Notes under the pieces: generated by a model
What the model saw: only the letters and a program-made list of their open reading frames with translations
Told to the model about the DNA's origin: nothing
Databases searched by the model: none
Shown here: piece after piece, positions 9,748-20,853 of the stretch
Position numbering within the stretch: the first letter of the stretch is position 1
Layout of the letters: each line of letters begins with the position of its first letter
Source of the DNA: a virus
Taxonomy: Duplodnaviria > Caudoviricetes
Virus record (IMG/VR): IMGVR_UViG_3300019742_000001
Reading direction: 5' to 3' (one strand)
Length of the DNA stretch: 64,000 nucleotides
Program-made: the position numbers and the translations under genes

Positions 9748-12700
9748 TTAATCCAAAACTGTTATAGAATATGTATACACAACACCATATGTACCAAAGA
9801 TCATTTCACCAGTTATAACCTCTTCCCCTTCAGCGGAAACAACAAAATAATTATCAGACATAGCAACAGCAGAACCAAACCAATCATAATAACTGGTACT
9901 ATATTCATTTGGAGAATCTATTGTTTTTATCAATTCTCCTGTCAAGTTGTCAAATAGATAAGCCTTTCCTACTGTGTTATAGGAAGAATCATCCTCGTAC
10001 GAGGCACCAACTACTGTATATAAATTATTACAACTAACTGACCCACCAAAGTAATCACCATCACTTGTTCCGTATGCATTTGGATTATCTAATGTATGTA
10101 ACAACTCCCACGTAGAGGTAGAATAAATAAACGCTTTACCTGACTCATCACCACCAGCATCACTCTCTTCTGATCCAATTACACAGTAATCACCTGACAT
10201 CGAAACTGACCTACCGAAAGAATCGTATAGACTCACATCATATGCATTGGGATTAATCAATGTATGTAACAACAAACCTGTTGTCGTACTAAACACATAT
10301 ACCTTACCAGAACTACTTTCTGGTTCGTCTGCATTAGGACAACAAACAACAGCATAATCATCTGACACAACAACCGACTCACCAAATCTGTCATATTGAC
10401 TCTGGGATAATACATTAGGATTATCTAATGTATGTAGTAATCCACCCGTTGATGTATCAAATATATACGCTTTTCCTGTATCAGATTGACCAACATCATC
10501 CTCACTCCAAGCACTAACTAATGTGTATAAATCAGTGCAACTAACCGAATACCCAAATTCATCATTTGTGCTTGTTCCGTATGGATTTGGATTATCTATC
10601 GTGTGTAATAACTCCCATGTAGATGTTGAATATACATACACTTTACCCGATGATGATCCATCAATATCATCTTCTCGATAAGCACTACACACAGCATATG
10701 AATCTGATAATGCGACACTCCAACCAAAATGATCATAATAATGGGTTCCGTATGGACTAGGATTTTCTAATCTAACCAACAGATCACCTGTTGTGGTGTC
10801 ATAAACAAAAACGCTACCAGATTTCTCTTCCAATTCGTCATTTTCTGTTGGAGCACCGACCAAAGTATAATCATCATTTATCGCAATAGATGTTCCATAT
10901 GCATTTGAATCAATATTAGCCAAACCACCTTCATTTGGATTTGCTATTGTAAGTAAAGTGTCACCTGTCACAGCATCAATTTTATAAACAACACCAGAAT
11001 ACTCACCTTGTGCATCGTCTTCATACTTTGCACCAGAAATAATTTGGTCACCTACCAGACCAACAGACCAACCAAAAAGATCACCGTCCATAGTAAAGTT
11101 TGTATTAGGATTTTCTAAAGAATGTGACAAATTACCTGTCACTACATCAAATATGTAAACAGCCCCAGAACTTGTTCCGTCAATACTATCTTCATATGGA
11201 GCACCTACTACAGCATATGTATCAGATATTGCAACCGAAGTTCCATAAAAATCACCACTTGGTGTGTTATATAGATTTGGGTTAGTGAGTGTATGTAACA
11301 AATTACCTGTTACATTATCAAATACATACGCCACACCTGACTCATATCCAGTTGCATCTCTTTCTTGATTGGTGCCAACTATACTATAAGAATCACTTAT
11401 AGAAACTTGTTTCCCAAAATCATCACCATAACTCGTACCATAAGAAGTTGGGTTATCTAATGTGTGAAGGAATCCACCTGTAACTGTATCAAATATATAT
11501 GCTTTACCTGCGCTGGTTCCACCCGCATCATCTTCGAAAATCGCACCAACTATACAATATGTGTCTGTTATTGACACCGAAACACCAAACTGATCACCAG
11601 CAACGGTTCCATAGGCATTTGGATTATCTAATGTATGTACTAAATTACCGGTTAAATTGTCAAAAATATATACTTTACCTGAACTTGTCCCACCTGATTC
11701 ATCTTCATATTTCGCACCAACTGCACAATATGTATCTGATATTGCAACGGCATATCCATAATAATCACCTGATGTCGTACCATATGCATTTGGATTAACC
11801 AGATTGTGTAGTAGTTCACCTGTCGTTGTACTGTAAACATAAACGGCTCCTGTATACGTACCACCAGAACCATCTTCTCCATAAGCACCTACTATCGCAT
11901 ATAATTCAGATATTCCAACAGAGTAACCAAAATAATCAGCATATGGTGTGTTATATATATTTGGGTCAGACAATGAATGTAATAATTCACCTGTTGTAGA
12001 ATCAAATATATAAGCCATTCCAGATGAATTTGCACTTGACGCACTAACAATATCTTCTTCCCATGCACCCGATATGATATAACTACTAGAAAATCCAACA
12101 GCAGCACCAAAAGAATCTCTAGTTGACGAATAATATTTCAATGAATCTGTGTTAGAATAGATATAATCAAATTCTGTTATTTTCTCATTACCAGAAATCC
12201 AAGCAAGTGATCCATACACATTATCCAAAAATGCATCAGATAAAAATGTGTATATCAATGTGTTATCTCTTTCTGTTGTGATCGTAGGTAAAATACCTCT
12301 TGACCACATAAGTGTACCATCTATAGACTCAAATGTTGGGATAGTTGATGAATTACACACAACCTTTACAGCGAATCCCCAATGCTCGTTTATTGGTGGT
12401 AATGATGGAAGTCGTAACGTCAGTCCACCAGACGAAACAACATTTTGTACGTTACCGTTGTTTAGATCTATCTCATACGTTCCTGTTGTAACAGGAATGG
12501 TATACTCAACTTCGGTAGAACCACATAGAATTGGATCGTTTCCGTTTACCCAATCATAACCGTTCCATATTAATGTCTGTCCATCTGTTGGTGTGTGTAT
12601 TGATACATCACCAACAACAACCCCTAATTTTCCAATGGATGATTCACCGTTTGTATAAACACTACCATCAAACAACAATATATCACCGTAAGATGGGGTT

Positions 12701-12882
12701 ACAACCGTTACATCATAGAAATTACTAATAGATAGTCCGTCCAACATCGGTACAACTACATCAGAAACTATTTGGTCAACTGTGACAACTTTTGTCACAT
12801 CATCTTGGTATATCATGAAACTCTCTTCACCAAGTAATACATCTGTCTCAGCGTAAGTGTTTCTATCATAAAACTTTGCCAT
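9748..12882 (-). CDS. MAKFYD-family fibre protein carrying 14 FG-GAP-like repeats (two 7-bladed beta-propellers)
   Basis: N-terminal ~230 aa paralogous to 8330/9040; then 14 repeats of DxFGxSV...VGA..ED...SGxVYxF...TGxLLHTLxNPN. Confidence 0.85.
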   Translation of the reverse strand: MAKFYDRNTYAETDVLLGEESFMIYQDDVTKVVTVDQIVSDVVVPMLDGLSISNFYDVTVVTPSYGDILLFDGSVYTNGESSIGKLGVVVGDVSIHTPTDGQTLIWNGYDWVNGNDPILCGSTEVEYTIPVTTGTYEIDLNNGNVQNVVSSGGLTLRLPSLPPINEHWGFAVKVVCNSSTIPTFESIDGTLMWSRGILPTITTERDNTLIYTFLSDAFLDNVYGSLAWISGNEKITEFDYIYSNTDSLKYYSSTRDSFGAAVGFSSSYIISGAWEEDIVSASSANSSGMAYIFDSTTGELLHSLSDPNIYNTPYADYFGYSVGISELYAIVGAYGEDGSGGTYTGAVYVYSTTTGELLHNLVNPNAYGTTSGDYYGYAVAISDTYCAVGAKYEDESGGTSSGKVYIFDNLTGNLVHTLDNPNAYGTVAGDQFGVSVSITDTYCIVGAIFEDDAGGTSAGKAYIFDTVTGGFLHTLDNPTSYGTSYGDDFGKQVSISDSYSIVGTNQERDATGYESGVAYVFDNVTGNLLHTLTNPNLYNTPSGDFYGTSVAISDTYAVVGAPYEDSIDGTSSGAVYIFDVVTGNLSHSLENPNTNFTMDGDLFGWSVGLVGDQIISGAKYEDDAQGEYSGVVYKIDAVTGDTLLTIANPNEGGLANIDSNAYGTSIAINDDYTLVGAPTENDELEEKSGSVFVYDTTTGDLLVRLENPSPYGTHYYDHFGWSVALSDSYAVCSAYREDDIDGSSSGKVYVYSTSTWELLHTIDNPNPYGTSTNDEFGYSVSCTDLYTLVSAWSEDDVGQSDTGKAYIFDTSTGGLLHTLDNPNVLSQSQYDRFGESVVVSDDYAVVCCPNADEPESSSGKVYVFSTTTGLLLHTLINPNAYDVSLYDSFGRSVSMSGDYCVIGSEESDAGGDESGKAFIYSTSTWELLHTLDNPNAYGTSDGDYFGGSVSCNNLYTVVGASYEDDSSYNTVGKAYLFDNLTGELIKTIDSPNEYSTSYYDWFGSAVAMSDNYFVVSAEGEEVITGEMIFGTYGVVYTYSITVLD

Positions 12883-12895
12883 TATATATCTCCAA

Positions 12896-14629
12896 TTAAT
12901 CGTATAGATATTCTTCTATGTTATCTATTAGTGGTTCACCTGTATGGTCTAATAATATACCATCTAGTATTTTAGCTTCCTTCTTAATCCTAAAATGGGT
13001 CACAAAATTCATACCCTCTGGTTTGTAAATACCACTAAGTTTGCTGTAAACTATCCTTGTTCTATTAATTCTTTTTACACGATTATTTATCAATTCCACA
13101 CCGATTATTTTGTAATCTCGGATACCTAATTGTTCAATAGCTTCTGAGGTAGCCGTAAATGTATAATAATAATTCTTGTCATCCATTTCCTCAAGATCAG
13201 TGGTACCTGACACAAATGGTCTATAATCTGGGTTATATGGATCAAAGTAATGTATTGTTTTATCCTCTTTACCAACCATCATTGCGATTGCGTCTTTTGA
13301 ACCTTCAACAAGACTTGTGAAAACTTCATCATCTGTCTCTATTGATAGTCTCCACTCAACATCCATCATGACACCATCGGCACCTATCGGACAAATACCA
13401 AAGAATGACACAACATCACCAACTGGACTTATTGCGGCAAATCCAAGAAATGGTATCAACAAATCATCAATATCAAGTGATTCACCCAAAGGATTAACAT
13501 TGTCTGTTGGACACCAAAGGATTGTGACCTGTGGTAATCCAAGATCATCCAATTCATCCAACAGAACATGTGTTGGTTGAACCAAATCATTGTCTGGGTT
13601 GTAACAATTCACCTGAAATATATTAGAATCTAATGGGTGATCAATTTGCCATGCAATCCATTCCTGACCTTCATATACATAATCTGTTGTTATCTTTGAA
13701 ACATCATCGAATATCCAGACTTCCTCTGTTACCTCAACATCATTAACACCATCATCATCAGCATCATCATAATATGTTAATGTTAAAGCCTCATGTACAT
13801 ATGCCTGTGAATTTGGATAAACACCGTCGATTTGGTTTGTATTAACGTCAATACTTATACCATCTTGTGGGAAATACACGGTATTTTCTTCGTCACGTAC
13901 TTGTGTAATCACCTCTCTACGATTCAAACCATGTCTCATTCGTATGGAAGTAGGTGACACATAAACCCCACTTGGTGTTGATTTGGATAATAACACTACA
14001 CCGTTTGTTGGTCTATCAAACCTAACCAACACAGTATTTTTATCTATAACTTGCACAAACGATGGTACTTGTTTGTTAAAGTTCTGATCATATGATGTGA
14101 TAATAAGGTCTTCTGTAAACAATGTATGTCTAACAGACCAACTATCAAATTCTTCTCGTTGAATGTGTATAAAACTTTCACTATCAAATTTTAAGTTTAC
14201 ATTTGAATACGAAAGACTTTGTGTTGTATTTGGTCGTTCATATAATGTATACACCTTTCCAGTTAAATCACAATAAGGAGAATAAATTATATTATATTCC
14301 GCATGTCTATTTACTGGTCGTTGTTGTTCCCAATTCTTATACAAAGCAATAGACATTTCTTTAGGAAGTATCTCAAATGTAGTGAATGGTTCAACACTTA
14401 AATCAAGTTCTGCCTTGAAATGTGGAGACAACATTTTACCATCAGCGGCAAGATATCCTTCTGGATAGTTGGCTGAGTTATATTTCGAATACCAGAAGTC
14501 ACCAGCACCTTTAGACCCATCAGGTCCAGTTTTACCATACAATCCATAATAGATATAATCCTCAAATACAACTTCTGGTGTATATGTTTCCATTGATGGT
14601 AATGAATAAATTTTTACACTACTTGACAT
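12896..14629 (-). CDS. Baseplate wedge / fibre-attachment protein (putative)
   Basis: Follows the gp7-like gene; repeated HxL motifs (VRHTL, MRHGL, IDHPL); own SD GGGAG. Confidence 0.55.
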   Translation of the reverse strand: MSSSVKIYSLPSMETYTPEVVFEDYIYYGLYGKTGPDGSKGAGDFWYSKYNSANYPEGYLAADGKMLSPHFKAELDLSVEPFTTFEILPKEMSIALYKNWEQQRPVNRHAEYNIIYSPYCDLTGKVYTLYERPNTTQSLSYSNVNLKFDSESFIHIQREEFDSWSVRHTLFTEDLIITSYDQNFNKQVPSFVQVIDKNTVLVRFDRPTNGVVLLSKSTPSGVYVSPTSIRMRHGLNRREVITQVRDEENTVYFPQDGISIDVNTNQIDGVYPNSQAYVHEALTLTYYDDADDDGVNDVEVTEEVWIFDDVSKITTDYVYEGQEWIAWQIDHPLDSNIFQVNCYNPDNDLVQPTHVLLDELDDLGLPQVTILWCPTDNVNPLGESLDIDDLLIPFLGFAAISPVGDVVSFFGICPIGADGVMMDVEWRLSIETDDEVFTSLVEGSKDAIAMMVGKEDKTIHYFDPYNPDYRPFVSGTTDLEEMDDKNYYYTFTATSEAIEQLGIRDYKIIGVELINNRVKRINRTRIVYSKLSGIYKPEGMNFVTHFRIKKEAKILDGILLDHTGEPLIDNIEEYLYD

Positions 14630-14661
14630 TTATAATATTCTCCCGTTTATTTCATATAAAA

Positions 14662-17061
14662 CTATAATGGAACAGGTCCAGTTGACTCGGATATGTTGTG
14701 TGTAAATCCAAAGAAAGTGTTTGATATCGCAACCTGACCCGCCAGTTCCGTATCAAAGTCATTGTCATCAGTATCTTCTATAACCATGATCAGTTCCCAT
14801 GTAGATGTGTCATAAACATATGCTTTACCTCTATGATCATAATTACTTGTATATGCATCTGGGGAACCAATTATCGCATGTGTATCTGATATTGCAACAG
14901 ATGATCCAAAATAATCTTTGTATGTACCCTGTATGTTTGTATTTTGTATTGTCTGTACCAACAAACCAGTAACAACATCAAATATATACGCTGCTCCTGC
15001 ATTATATGAATCACCAACCCCTTCTTCATAGTGAGCACCAACTATCGCATATGTGTCTGATATATCAACAGACCACCCAAATTCATCATAATTTGGTGTG
15101 TCTTGGTCGTTTGGATTTTCAATTGAATGTAATAATGCACCTGTTTTAGTGTCATAAATGTAAACATAACCAGAAGTCAAACCTTCTCTATACGCACCAA
15201 CTATTGCATAATTATCTGTTATTCCAACACTCCAACCAAAATAATCATATTCATACCCTGAACTACCTCTTGGATCTTCAAGTGACCACAACAATGTACC
15301 AGTATTGACATCAAATATATATGCCGCCCCAACATACCAATGATTCAACTGACTTTCTTCGTATGCACCAACGATCAAATAATTCTCTGATAACGCAACA
15401 CTTGTACCAAACTCATCTGAATCACTTGTATCAAACATATTGGGATCATCTAACGTATACAATAATTCCCCTGTTGATGGATTAAATACATATACTTTAC
15501 CTGCATATGAACCATCGGCATCATCTTCCATCCACGCACCGACTGCGGCATGTGTGTCAGTTATAGCAACACTATGACCAAATTCGTCACGATCAGGTGT
15601 GTCATATCCATTCGGGTTAATTAATGTATGTAAAGTTTCTCCTGTTTCATTTGAGAAAATATACGCTCTACCAGAATTATATGCATCTTGATCGTCACCT
15701 TCGGCACCACTTATGGTATATAATGAAGAAACATCAATGTCTACACCAAAATAGTCAGTATCAACATCAGCAGGGTTATCAAATGTTTGCATCAACTCAA
15801 ACCCCTCACTACCAGTTGTTATTGGAGCCACATCATCATGCCATCTTTCCAACACATTAAATATATTTTGTGAGTTTCCACAAAAAACACTGTAAATAAT
15901 ATACATTGAAGCATAAGTACCTTTACGTTTCATCAACCATATCAACTCATCGGCATATTCTCTATAGGCATCAACAAACCATGCTGGTATAATGTCTGTC
16001 TTTGGTGCATCATACAGTGTAGGAATGTAACCAAGATATTTAGGATCACACTCTCTACCATCACGCAACGACCAAATATCTTTAAGTAATTGATAACCCT
16101 CTCCATATACTTGATCAAAATACGTATCTAAAAATTCAACCAAATTAGGTGTTCTGTTATTTTCAGGTAGTGCCGCCTGAACCCAATCCTTCAATCCATT
16201 AAAAACGACATGGTATCTGTTTGGGTCAGATACATTATCCTTTGGTGAAGTAAAAACTTCCCCGAAATACAAAAATCTCTTGTCTGTATTGACATAGTTT
16301 CTAACAACAAAATCGATTTCATATTCTGTCTCGTAATAATCCTCAGCAAATTCTTTCATCCAATCGTGGAATGAACTATCCTTTCTGAAATATAATTCAA
16401 CACCATTTTGGAGGATATCATCAATCTGCAAATTACCCCATTTAATAGGGCTTATATCAAATTCATAATCTTTTGTCTGGATACTAACAAACTCACTGTC
16501 ATAATATGGTTCATCAGCTCCATCATCAGAATCATATACTGTAGTATCAGAACCATCCATTGTAATAGTACTAACTTCAACTAAATCAAACCTAAAGTAC
16601 TTCTTTTCCTCTGGATCTTCGTATAATGGTTTTAGTCTAACAGGAACAAAACCGTATTCATCAAGTTTGGCATACATATTTACATATGATCCACCATCAA
16701 CAACGATTTGACCGTAGTTATCACCACCTCTCAACAATCCAGCATGAGGCAATGATGTATCAGAATAGTACATTGATACTGGTGACCTATCCATCCAAGC
16801 ATTCCACACAACATCATTACCTTCAAACTTAATAGCATCATCGGTAACAGAATCAAATTCTGTGTGTCTATCCAACGTATTTGTAAGTTGTGTACTTGTC
16901 TCTATGCTTGTCTCACCACCAACCCAAATGACATCTGTAAACGAAACTCTGGTGTACATATTTACAACATCTGGAAGTATGTACTCTGTGTCTGCTGGAG
17001 AAGTAATTACTTTCATGAAGTCTTTTAGTATAAAATAGGGAGAATCTGAAAATCTACTCAT
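14662..17061 (-). CDS. Baseplate wedge protein (T4 gp7 / P2 gpI-like domain) with C-terminal 7-blade FG-GAP propeller
   Basis: Follows gp6; motif LLKDIWSLRDGRECDPKYLGYI...LMKRKGT; seven FG-GAP-like repeats in the C-terminal half. Confidence 0.7.
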   Translation of the reverse strand: MSRFSDSPYFILKDFMKVITSPADTEYILPDVVNMYTRVSFTDVIWVGGETSIETSTQLTNTLDRHTEFDSVTDDAIKFEGNDVVWNAWMDRSPVSMYYSDTSLPHAGLLRGGDNYGQIVVDGGSYVNMYAKLDEYGFVPVRLKPLYEDPEEKKYFRFDLVEVSTITMDGSDTTVYDSDDGADEPYYDSEFVSIQTKDYEFDISPIKWGNLQIDDILQNGVELYFRKDSSFHDWMKEFAEDYYETEYEIDFVVRNYVNTDKRFLYFGEVFTSPKDNVSDPNRYHVVFNGLKDWVQAALPENNRTPNLVEFLDTYFDQVYGEGYQLLKDIWSLRDGRECDPKYLGYIPTLYDAPKTDIIPAWFVDAYREYADELIWLMKRKGTYASMYIIYSVFCGNSQNIFNVLERWHDDVAPITTGSEGFELMQTFDNPADVDTDYFGVDIDVSSLYTISGAEGDDQDAYNSGRAYIFSNETGETLHTLINPNGYDTPDRDEFGHSVAITDTHAAVGAWMEDDADGSYAGKVYVFNPSTGELLYTLDDPNMFDTSDSDEFGTSVALSENYLIVGAYEESQLNHWYVGAAYIFDVNTGTLLWSLEDPRGSSGYEYDYFGWSVGITDNYAIVGAYREGLTSGYVYIYDTKTGALLHSIENPNDQDTPNYDEFGWSVDISDTYAIVGAHYEEGVGDSYNAGAAYIFDVVTGLLVQTIQNTNIQGTYKDYFGSSVAISDTHAIIGSPDAYTSNYDHRGKAYVYDTSTWELIMVIEDTDDNDFDTELAGQVAISNTFFGFTHNISESTGPVPL

Positions 17062-17064
17062 ATA

Positions 17065-19332
17065 TTATCCTTCGTTAGTGAATGTACAGAAGTCCGAAGC
17101 CAACTGTGGAAATTGATTGTACCCTAACGCTATTGGTTGTAATGTATTATACGTTGTATCTATTGTATTCTTTCCGTATCCAGTGTTTTCGTAATGTGGG
17201 AAATATCCCGCCACGTTCTCTGGATATATATACATTTCATCTGGTACGATAGAACATGTCTCATCCCAAGTACCACCAAAATATACACATCTTGACTCGG
17301 TGTCTATAGTTTCCAGTGTAGATGGGTCACGGTAAATTAGAATATCTCTAATGACCAAACTTGAAATACCTCTAATCATATCAAAATTGTCTGTAGATGA
17401 AACATTATTAGTATCCATTATATAATTGTAAACATCCCTAAAGTCAATAGTTTCACCAAATGACCTGTTACTGTTCTGGAAGTAGTATATTAATTTATTC
17501 TTCACAACTTCTTTGACTTTTACAAAACTATAAGTTCTGTTTACCCTCAAACCGATATCAAATCGGAAGTAGATTAATTCAGGTAAAACAAACTCCTCCC
17601 ATATACCCAACATCTTACGTGGCTCTAAATATTCCAAAATCTGTGACTGCCATAACGGATTATATACTGAACTACCCACCGTTTCAACCCAAGCACCAAC
17701 CTTAACGGTAACACCACCAGTATCACCACCAACCCATTCAACCATATCACCAGTAACCCACAGGTAATCTCCTACCAAATACCCACTACCACCTTCTGAT
17801 ACGGCTGTTATTTCTGCGTTACCATTTAAAACCACAACTTGTACTGTACACCCAACACCCAAACCATCTGTTACCGTAACAACATTGTCATAGGTTCCAT
17901 CAATCAGAGTATCCAGACCGGTTTTGGCGAATGATTTATCCCCAAAAGTTTCTACATCAGTGTCGTAGGTTTCTATTGGATACTCCAAAGTTTTTAATGT
18001 TGTTGTTAGGTTACCACTGAAATCATCACTAACATCAACATCAACCAAGTTGATATTTCCACTAACACCAGTATCCCATTCCGTGGGTATCAATGCAACA
18101 TATGCCCTATTGTAATATATAGAGTTTACATCATCATAATTTTGTTCGTGTTCACCCCATACATTAGCAACGGTTATATCACCTCTCGACTCAAGGTTTC
18201 CTTTGTAATCTTTTTTTGTAACATTTCTAAGTTGTGAGTGTGAGTATGATTGACCAGCCTCTTTCAGTTCACTTAGTACCTGTGCGTTTGATCCACCAAC
18301 AGAAGCATTATAATTAACAACAGTATATCTATCCTCTGGTATCACTGTTGGTTCCGCAGTAGAAATATTTGACAAGAATGCAACATCATCTACTCCCAAT
18401 ATGGTGTCAACTACTGGTTTATTTGAATCACCGAAAACAAGTTTTGCCACTTTTCCATTCAAACCCAAAGTTTTTATTGGATATATCTTTATAACCTCAT
18501 CATCTGTTGGGACATTTCTATTTGAAGAAAATGAAATAACTGTTCTCTTATACTTGTCATAATATAATACATACACATTCTCTTCGTCACCACTAAGACC
18601 TGAAATGTCATCAAAGAAGTCTGATATTCTTATCCATGCAGTTTCTTCTGACCCGACAGTAACCAATAATGAATCAAGGGTGTCTTCGTATGGATAAACA
18701 CCCATATCATAGTCAACCAATGGTAATACGATCTGGTTTGAAATCACATCCTCACCTGTATACGTCAATGGTTCTTGTAATGGAACACCTTGTTTCATTA
18801 CAATATCAAATTCAACATACTCATATGTAGTCTCAAGTTCTTCGTCATAGTCTGTGCGGAGATTTGTATCAGTGACATCATATATAAAATCTTCTGGTAA
18901 ACAGTAATATATACTGTTTCCGTCATCATCAGATAGACCGGTATTAATTTTAAACCATTTCGGTATATATAGTTGACTTCCTTGTTCAAAATATCCTATA
19001 GTTTGATCATCATTTCTTCTTCTCACCCTCACAGTCAACGTAACCTCCGATGACACAAGACCAGAAGGAACATATCCTTGTTGTCTTGTAAGTGAATGAA
19101 CAACCTCATATATATTAGCTGTTTCTAAATGAATATTTTGCGCCAATCTATTTGTGTAATATGTATTAAGATCTCCTACATATGACAACAATTCCATCAA
19201 CAATGTAATGTTCGCACCTTCAAAATCATAATCCTTGAACGTGGCTGTTTTACTAAGAATAGATTTCAATCTGGTAACCAGTGTTTCAAAATCGGCTTCT
19301 GTATATTTTGGTACTAATCCAAAGTCACTCAT
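17065..19332 (-). CDS. gp6: Baseplate wedge subunit gp6 with an inserted GGSGY module
   Basis: T4 gp6-type N-terminus DFETL...FKDYDFEGANITLLMELLSY...NTYY; next to gp25. Confidence 0.92.
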   Translation of the reverse strand: MSDFGLVPKYTEADFETLVTRLKSILSKTATFKDYDFEGANITLLMELLSYVGDLNTYYTNRLAQNIHLETANIYEVVHSLTRQQGYVPSGLVSSEVTLTVRVRRRNDDQTIGYFEQGSQLYIPKWFKINTGLSDDDGNSIYYCLPEDFIYDVTDTNLRTDYDEELETTYEYVEFDIVMKQGVPLQEPLTYTGEDVISNQIVLPLVDYDMGVYPYEDTLDSLLVTVGSEETAWIRISDFFDDISGLSGDEENVYVLYYDKYKRTVISFSSNRNVPTDDEVIKIYPIKTLGLNGKVAKLVFGDSNKPVVDTILGVDDVAFLSNISTAEPTVIPEDRYTVVNYNASVGGSNAQVLSELKEAGQSYSHSQLRNVTKKDYKGNLESRGDITVANVWGEHEQNYDDVNSIYYNRAYVALIPTEWDTGVSGNINLVDVDVSDDFSGNLTTTLKTLEYPIETYDTDVETFGDKSFAKTGLDTLIDGTYDNVVTVTDGLGVGCTVQVVVLNGNAEITAVSEGGSGYLVGDYLWVTGDMVEWVGGDTGGVTVKVGAWVETVGSSVYNPLWQSQILEYLEPRKMLGIWEEFVLPELIYFRFDIGLRVNRTYSFVKVKEVVKNKLIYYFQNSNRSFGETIDFRDVYNYIMDTNNVSSTDNFDMIRGISSLVIRDILIYRDPSTLETIDTESRCVYFGGTWDETCSIVPDEMYIYPENVAGYFPHYENTGYGKNTIDTTYNTLQPIALGYNQFPQLASDFCTFTNEG

Positions 19333-19334
19333 AA

Positions 19335-19724
19335 TTATTTCGCCCTTATAATGTTAGTTATTGTTTGTAGACTATCAGCATTACCTGTATTACCGACATA
19401 GTAGTTCAAATTCACTTCATACGAATTGTTATCTTCGTCGGCAACAACTTCCAGACCTTCTATGATTATACGTGTTTCCCATCGTTCTATTGCAGACCAA
19501 ATCATTTCCGCCAATCTACCAGCAGTATATTCGTCAATAGGTTCAAATAATAAATTGTATATCGGGAGAGCAAATTCAGGTTTCATTCTCCTACTTCCCT
19601 GCATTGTTTGGAAGATGTTGGTCAGTGAATTAACGATTGCATTATTGTTTGTCATATCAACAACGTCGCCATTATTTTTCTTTTCTAATTTTATATCTAT
19701 ATCTTTCCAGTAAGTTGTTGTCAT
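19335..19724 (-). CDS. gp25: Baseplate wedge subunit gp25 (GPW/gp25 family)
   Basis: AIVNSLTNIFQTMQGSRRMKPEF...LLFEP...IERWETRI pattern; 129 aa. Confidence 0.92.
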   Translation of the reverse strand: MTTTYWKDIDIKLEKKNNGDVVDMTNNNAIVNSLTNIFQTMQGSRRMKPEFALPIYNLLFEPIDEYTAGRLAEMIWSAIERWETRIIIEGLEVVADEDNNSYEVNLNYYVGNTGNADSLQTITNIIRAK

Positions 19725-19739
19725 TTAATACCTCTACTA

Positions 19740-19746
19740 TATTTAT
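19740..19746 (-). promoter_or_regulatory. T4-type late promoter (ATAAATA) upstream of gp25
   Basis: tatttat on the + strand, 15 nt before the gp25 ATG. Confidence 0.45.
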
Positions 19747-20543
19747 TAAAAAAATGATGGTGGTGTAGGTGTTTTCGGAATAGAATCTTTAGCTGTCTGT
19801 TTTAACGCTGATATTTTTGACGATGCCGCTGATTTCACCGCATCTGACATCTCATTACTCTTCTTTGTCATAACCGCCAACCCATCAGACATCGAATCCG
19901 TAAACGATGTGTCTATCCCAGCGTCACTTGCTTTTGATGCCAAATCAGATTTCATATTACTATAAAAAGTTTCATCATCAAGTTTACCTGAACTATCCAA
20001 CCCTAATTCTGAGGTCAATGACGATATCTCACTCTGAACCGAAGATATCATTGACGAATCACTCAAACAACCCAATGATGAATTTATATCAGATATCAAT
20101 CCATCCAATCCCAATGATCCTAAAAATGACCCTATCTGACTATATATACCTGATATATCAAACATTTGTGATGGCATACCAGCCAGATCAGAAAACCCAC
20201 TTAATATATCATCAACCATCCCAAGACCATTATCTGACAAACTTTTTATTGACCCAATCGCACCACCAAAACATCCTCCTGTGATATCATCAATATCATC
20301 AAGAACTGCCAATTTGGTTGATAACTGAGAATCAAAATCTCCTGCAATATCTTCCAAGTCACTCACTGATGGGACATCTGGTAAATTATTATTATCTAAT
20401 GTCTCCAATATACCATCAATACTACTCGTTTTCTCATTAATTAATCTCTTTGCGTCACGAACCTTTGACAACTGTGACGCTATACTATTACTTACCCCAG
20501 CATCTAAACTCGTAGCACTCTTGACAAATGTCGGTAAAGCCAT
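19746..20543 (-). CDS. Hypothetical Ser/Asp-rich helical protein in the baseplate cluster
   Basis: 265-aa ORF tightly packed between PAAR and gp25. Confidence 0.75.
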   Translation of the reverse strand: MALPTFVKSATSLDAGVSNSIASQLSKVRDAKRLINEKTSSIDGILETLDNNNLPDVPSVSDLEDIAGDFDSQLSTKLAVLDDIDDITGGCFGGAIGSIKSLSDNGLGMVDDILSGFSDLAGMPSQMFDISGIYSQIGSFLGSLGLDGLISDINSSLGCLSDSSMISSVQSEISSLTSELGLDSSGKLDDETFYSNMKSDLASKASDAGIDTSFTDSMSDGLAVMTKKSNEMSDAVKSAASSKISALKQTAKDSIPKTPTPPSFF

Positions 20544-20545
20544 TA

Positions 20546-20839
20546 CTAACCTCCTGCGAATACATCACCTGATCCTGTGTCAACGGTTGAACCACAAGAT
20601 ATAGGATCTCCAATACGACCTAATTGTTTTCCGTTTGCAAATACTGTCCCAGAACCAGCAAGTAATGTAGCTCCGTGTGGTGAAGAACCGGGACATGCGT
20701 GTGGTTCCCATGCATCATTCTCTCTATGAACTGGTATCCCATTAGCATATACATCACCAGAACCCTCTGACGATGGTCTTGGAGGGGCACCACATGGATC
20801 ACCTGTACTATAATCACCTAATCTTGTTACTGCGGGCAT
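20546..20839 (-). CDS. PAAR spike-tip protein (T4 gp5.4-like)
   Basis: MPAVTRLGD...H..GATLLAGSGTVFANGKQLGRIGDPISCGS; start moved to ATG 20839, which has SD GGGAG. Confidence 0.92.
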   Translation of the reverse strand: MPAVTRLGDYSTGDPCGAPPRPSSEGSGDVYANGIPVHRENDAWEPHACPGSSPHGATLLAGSGTVFANGKQLGRIGDPISCGSTVDTGSGDVFAGG

Positions 20840-20853
20840 ACTCCCTCCCAATA

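Noticed and set aside
14629-14664. Readthrough or frameshift joining the gp7-like gene to the next ORF
   Set aside because: The frames differ, no slippery heptamer precedes the TAG, and the downstream ATG has its own GGGAG SD.
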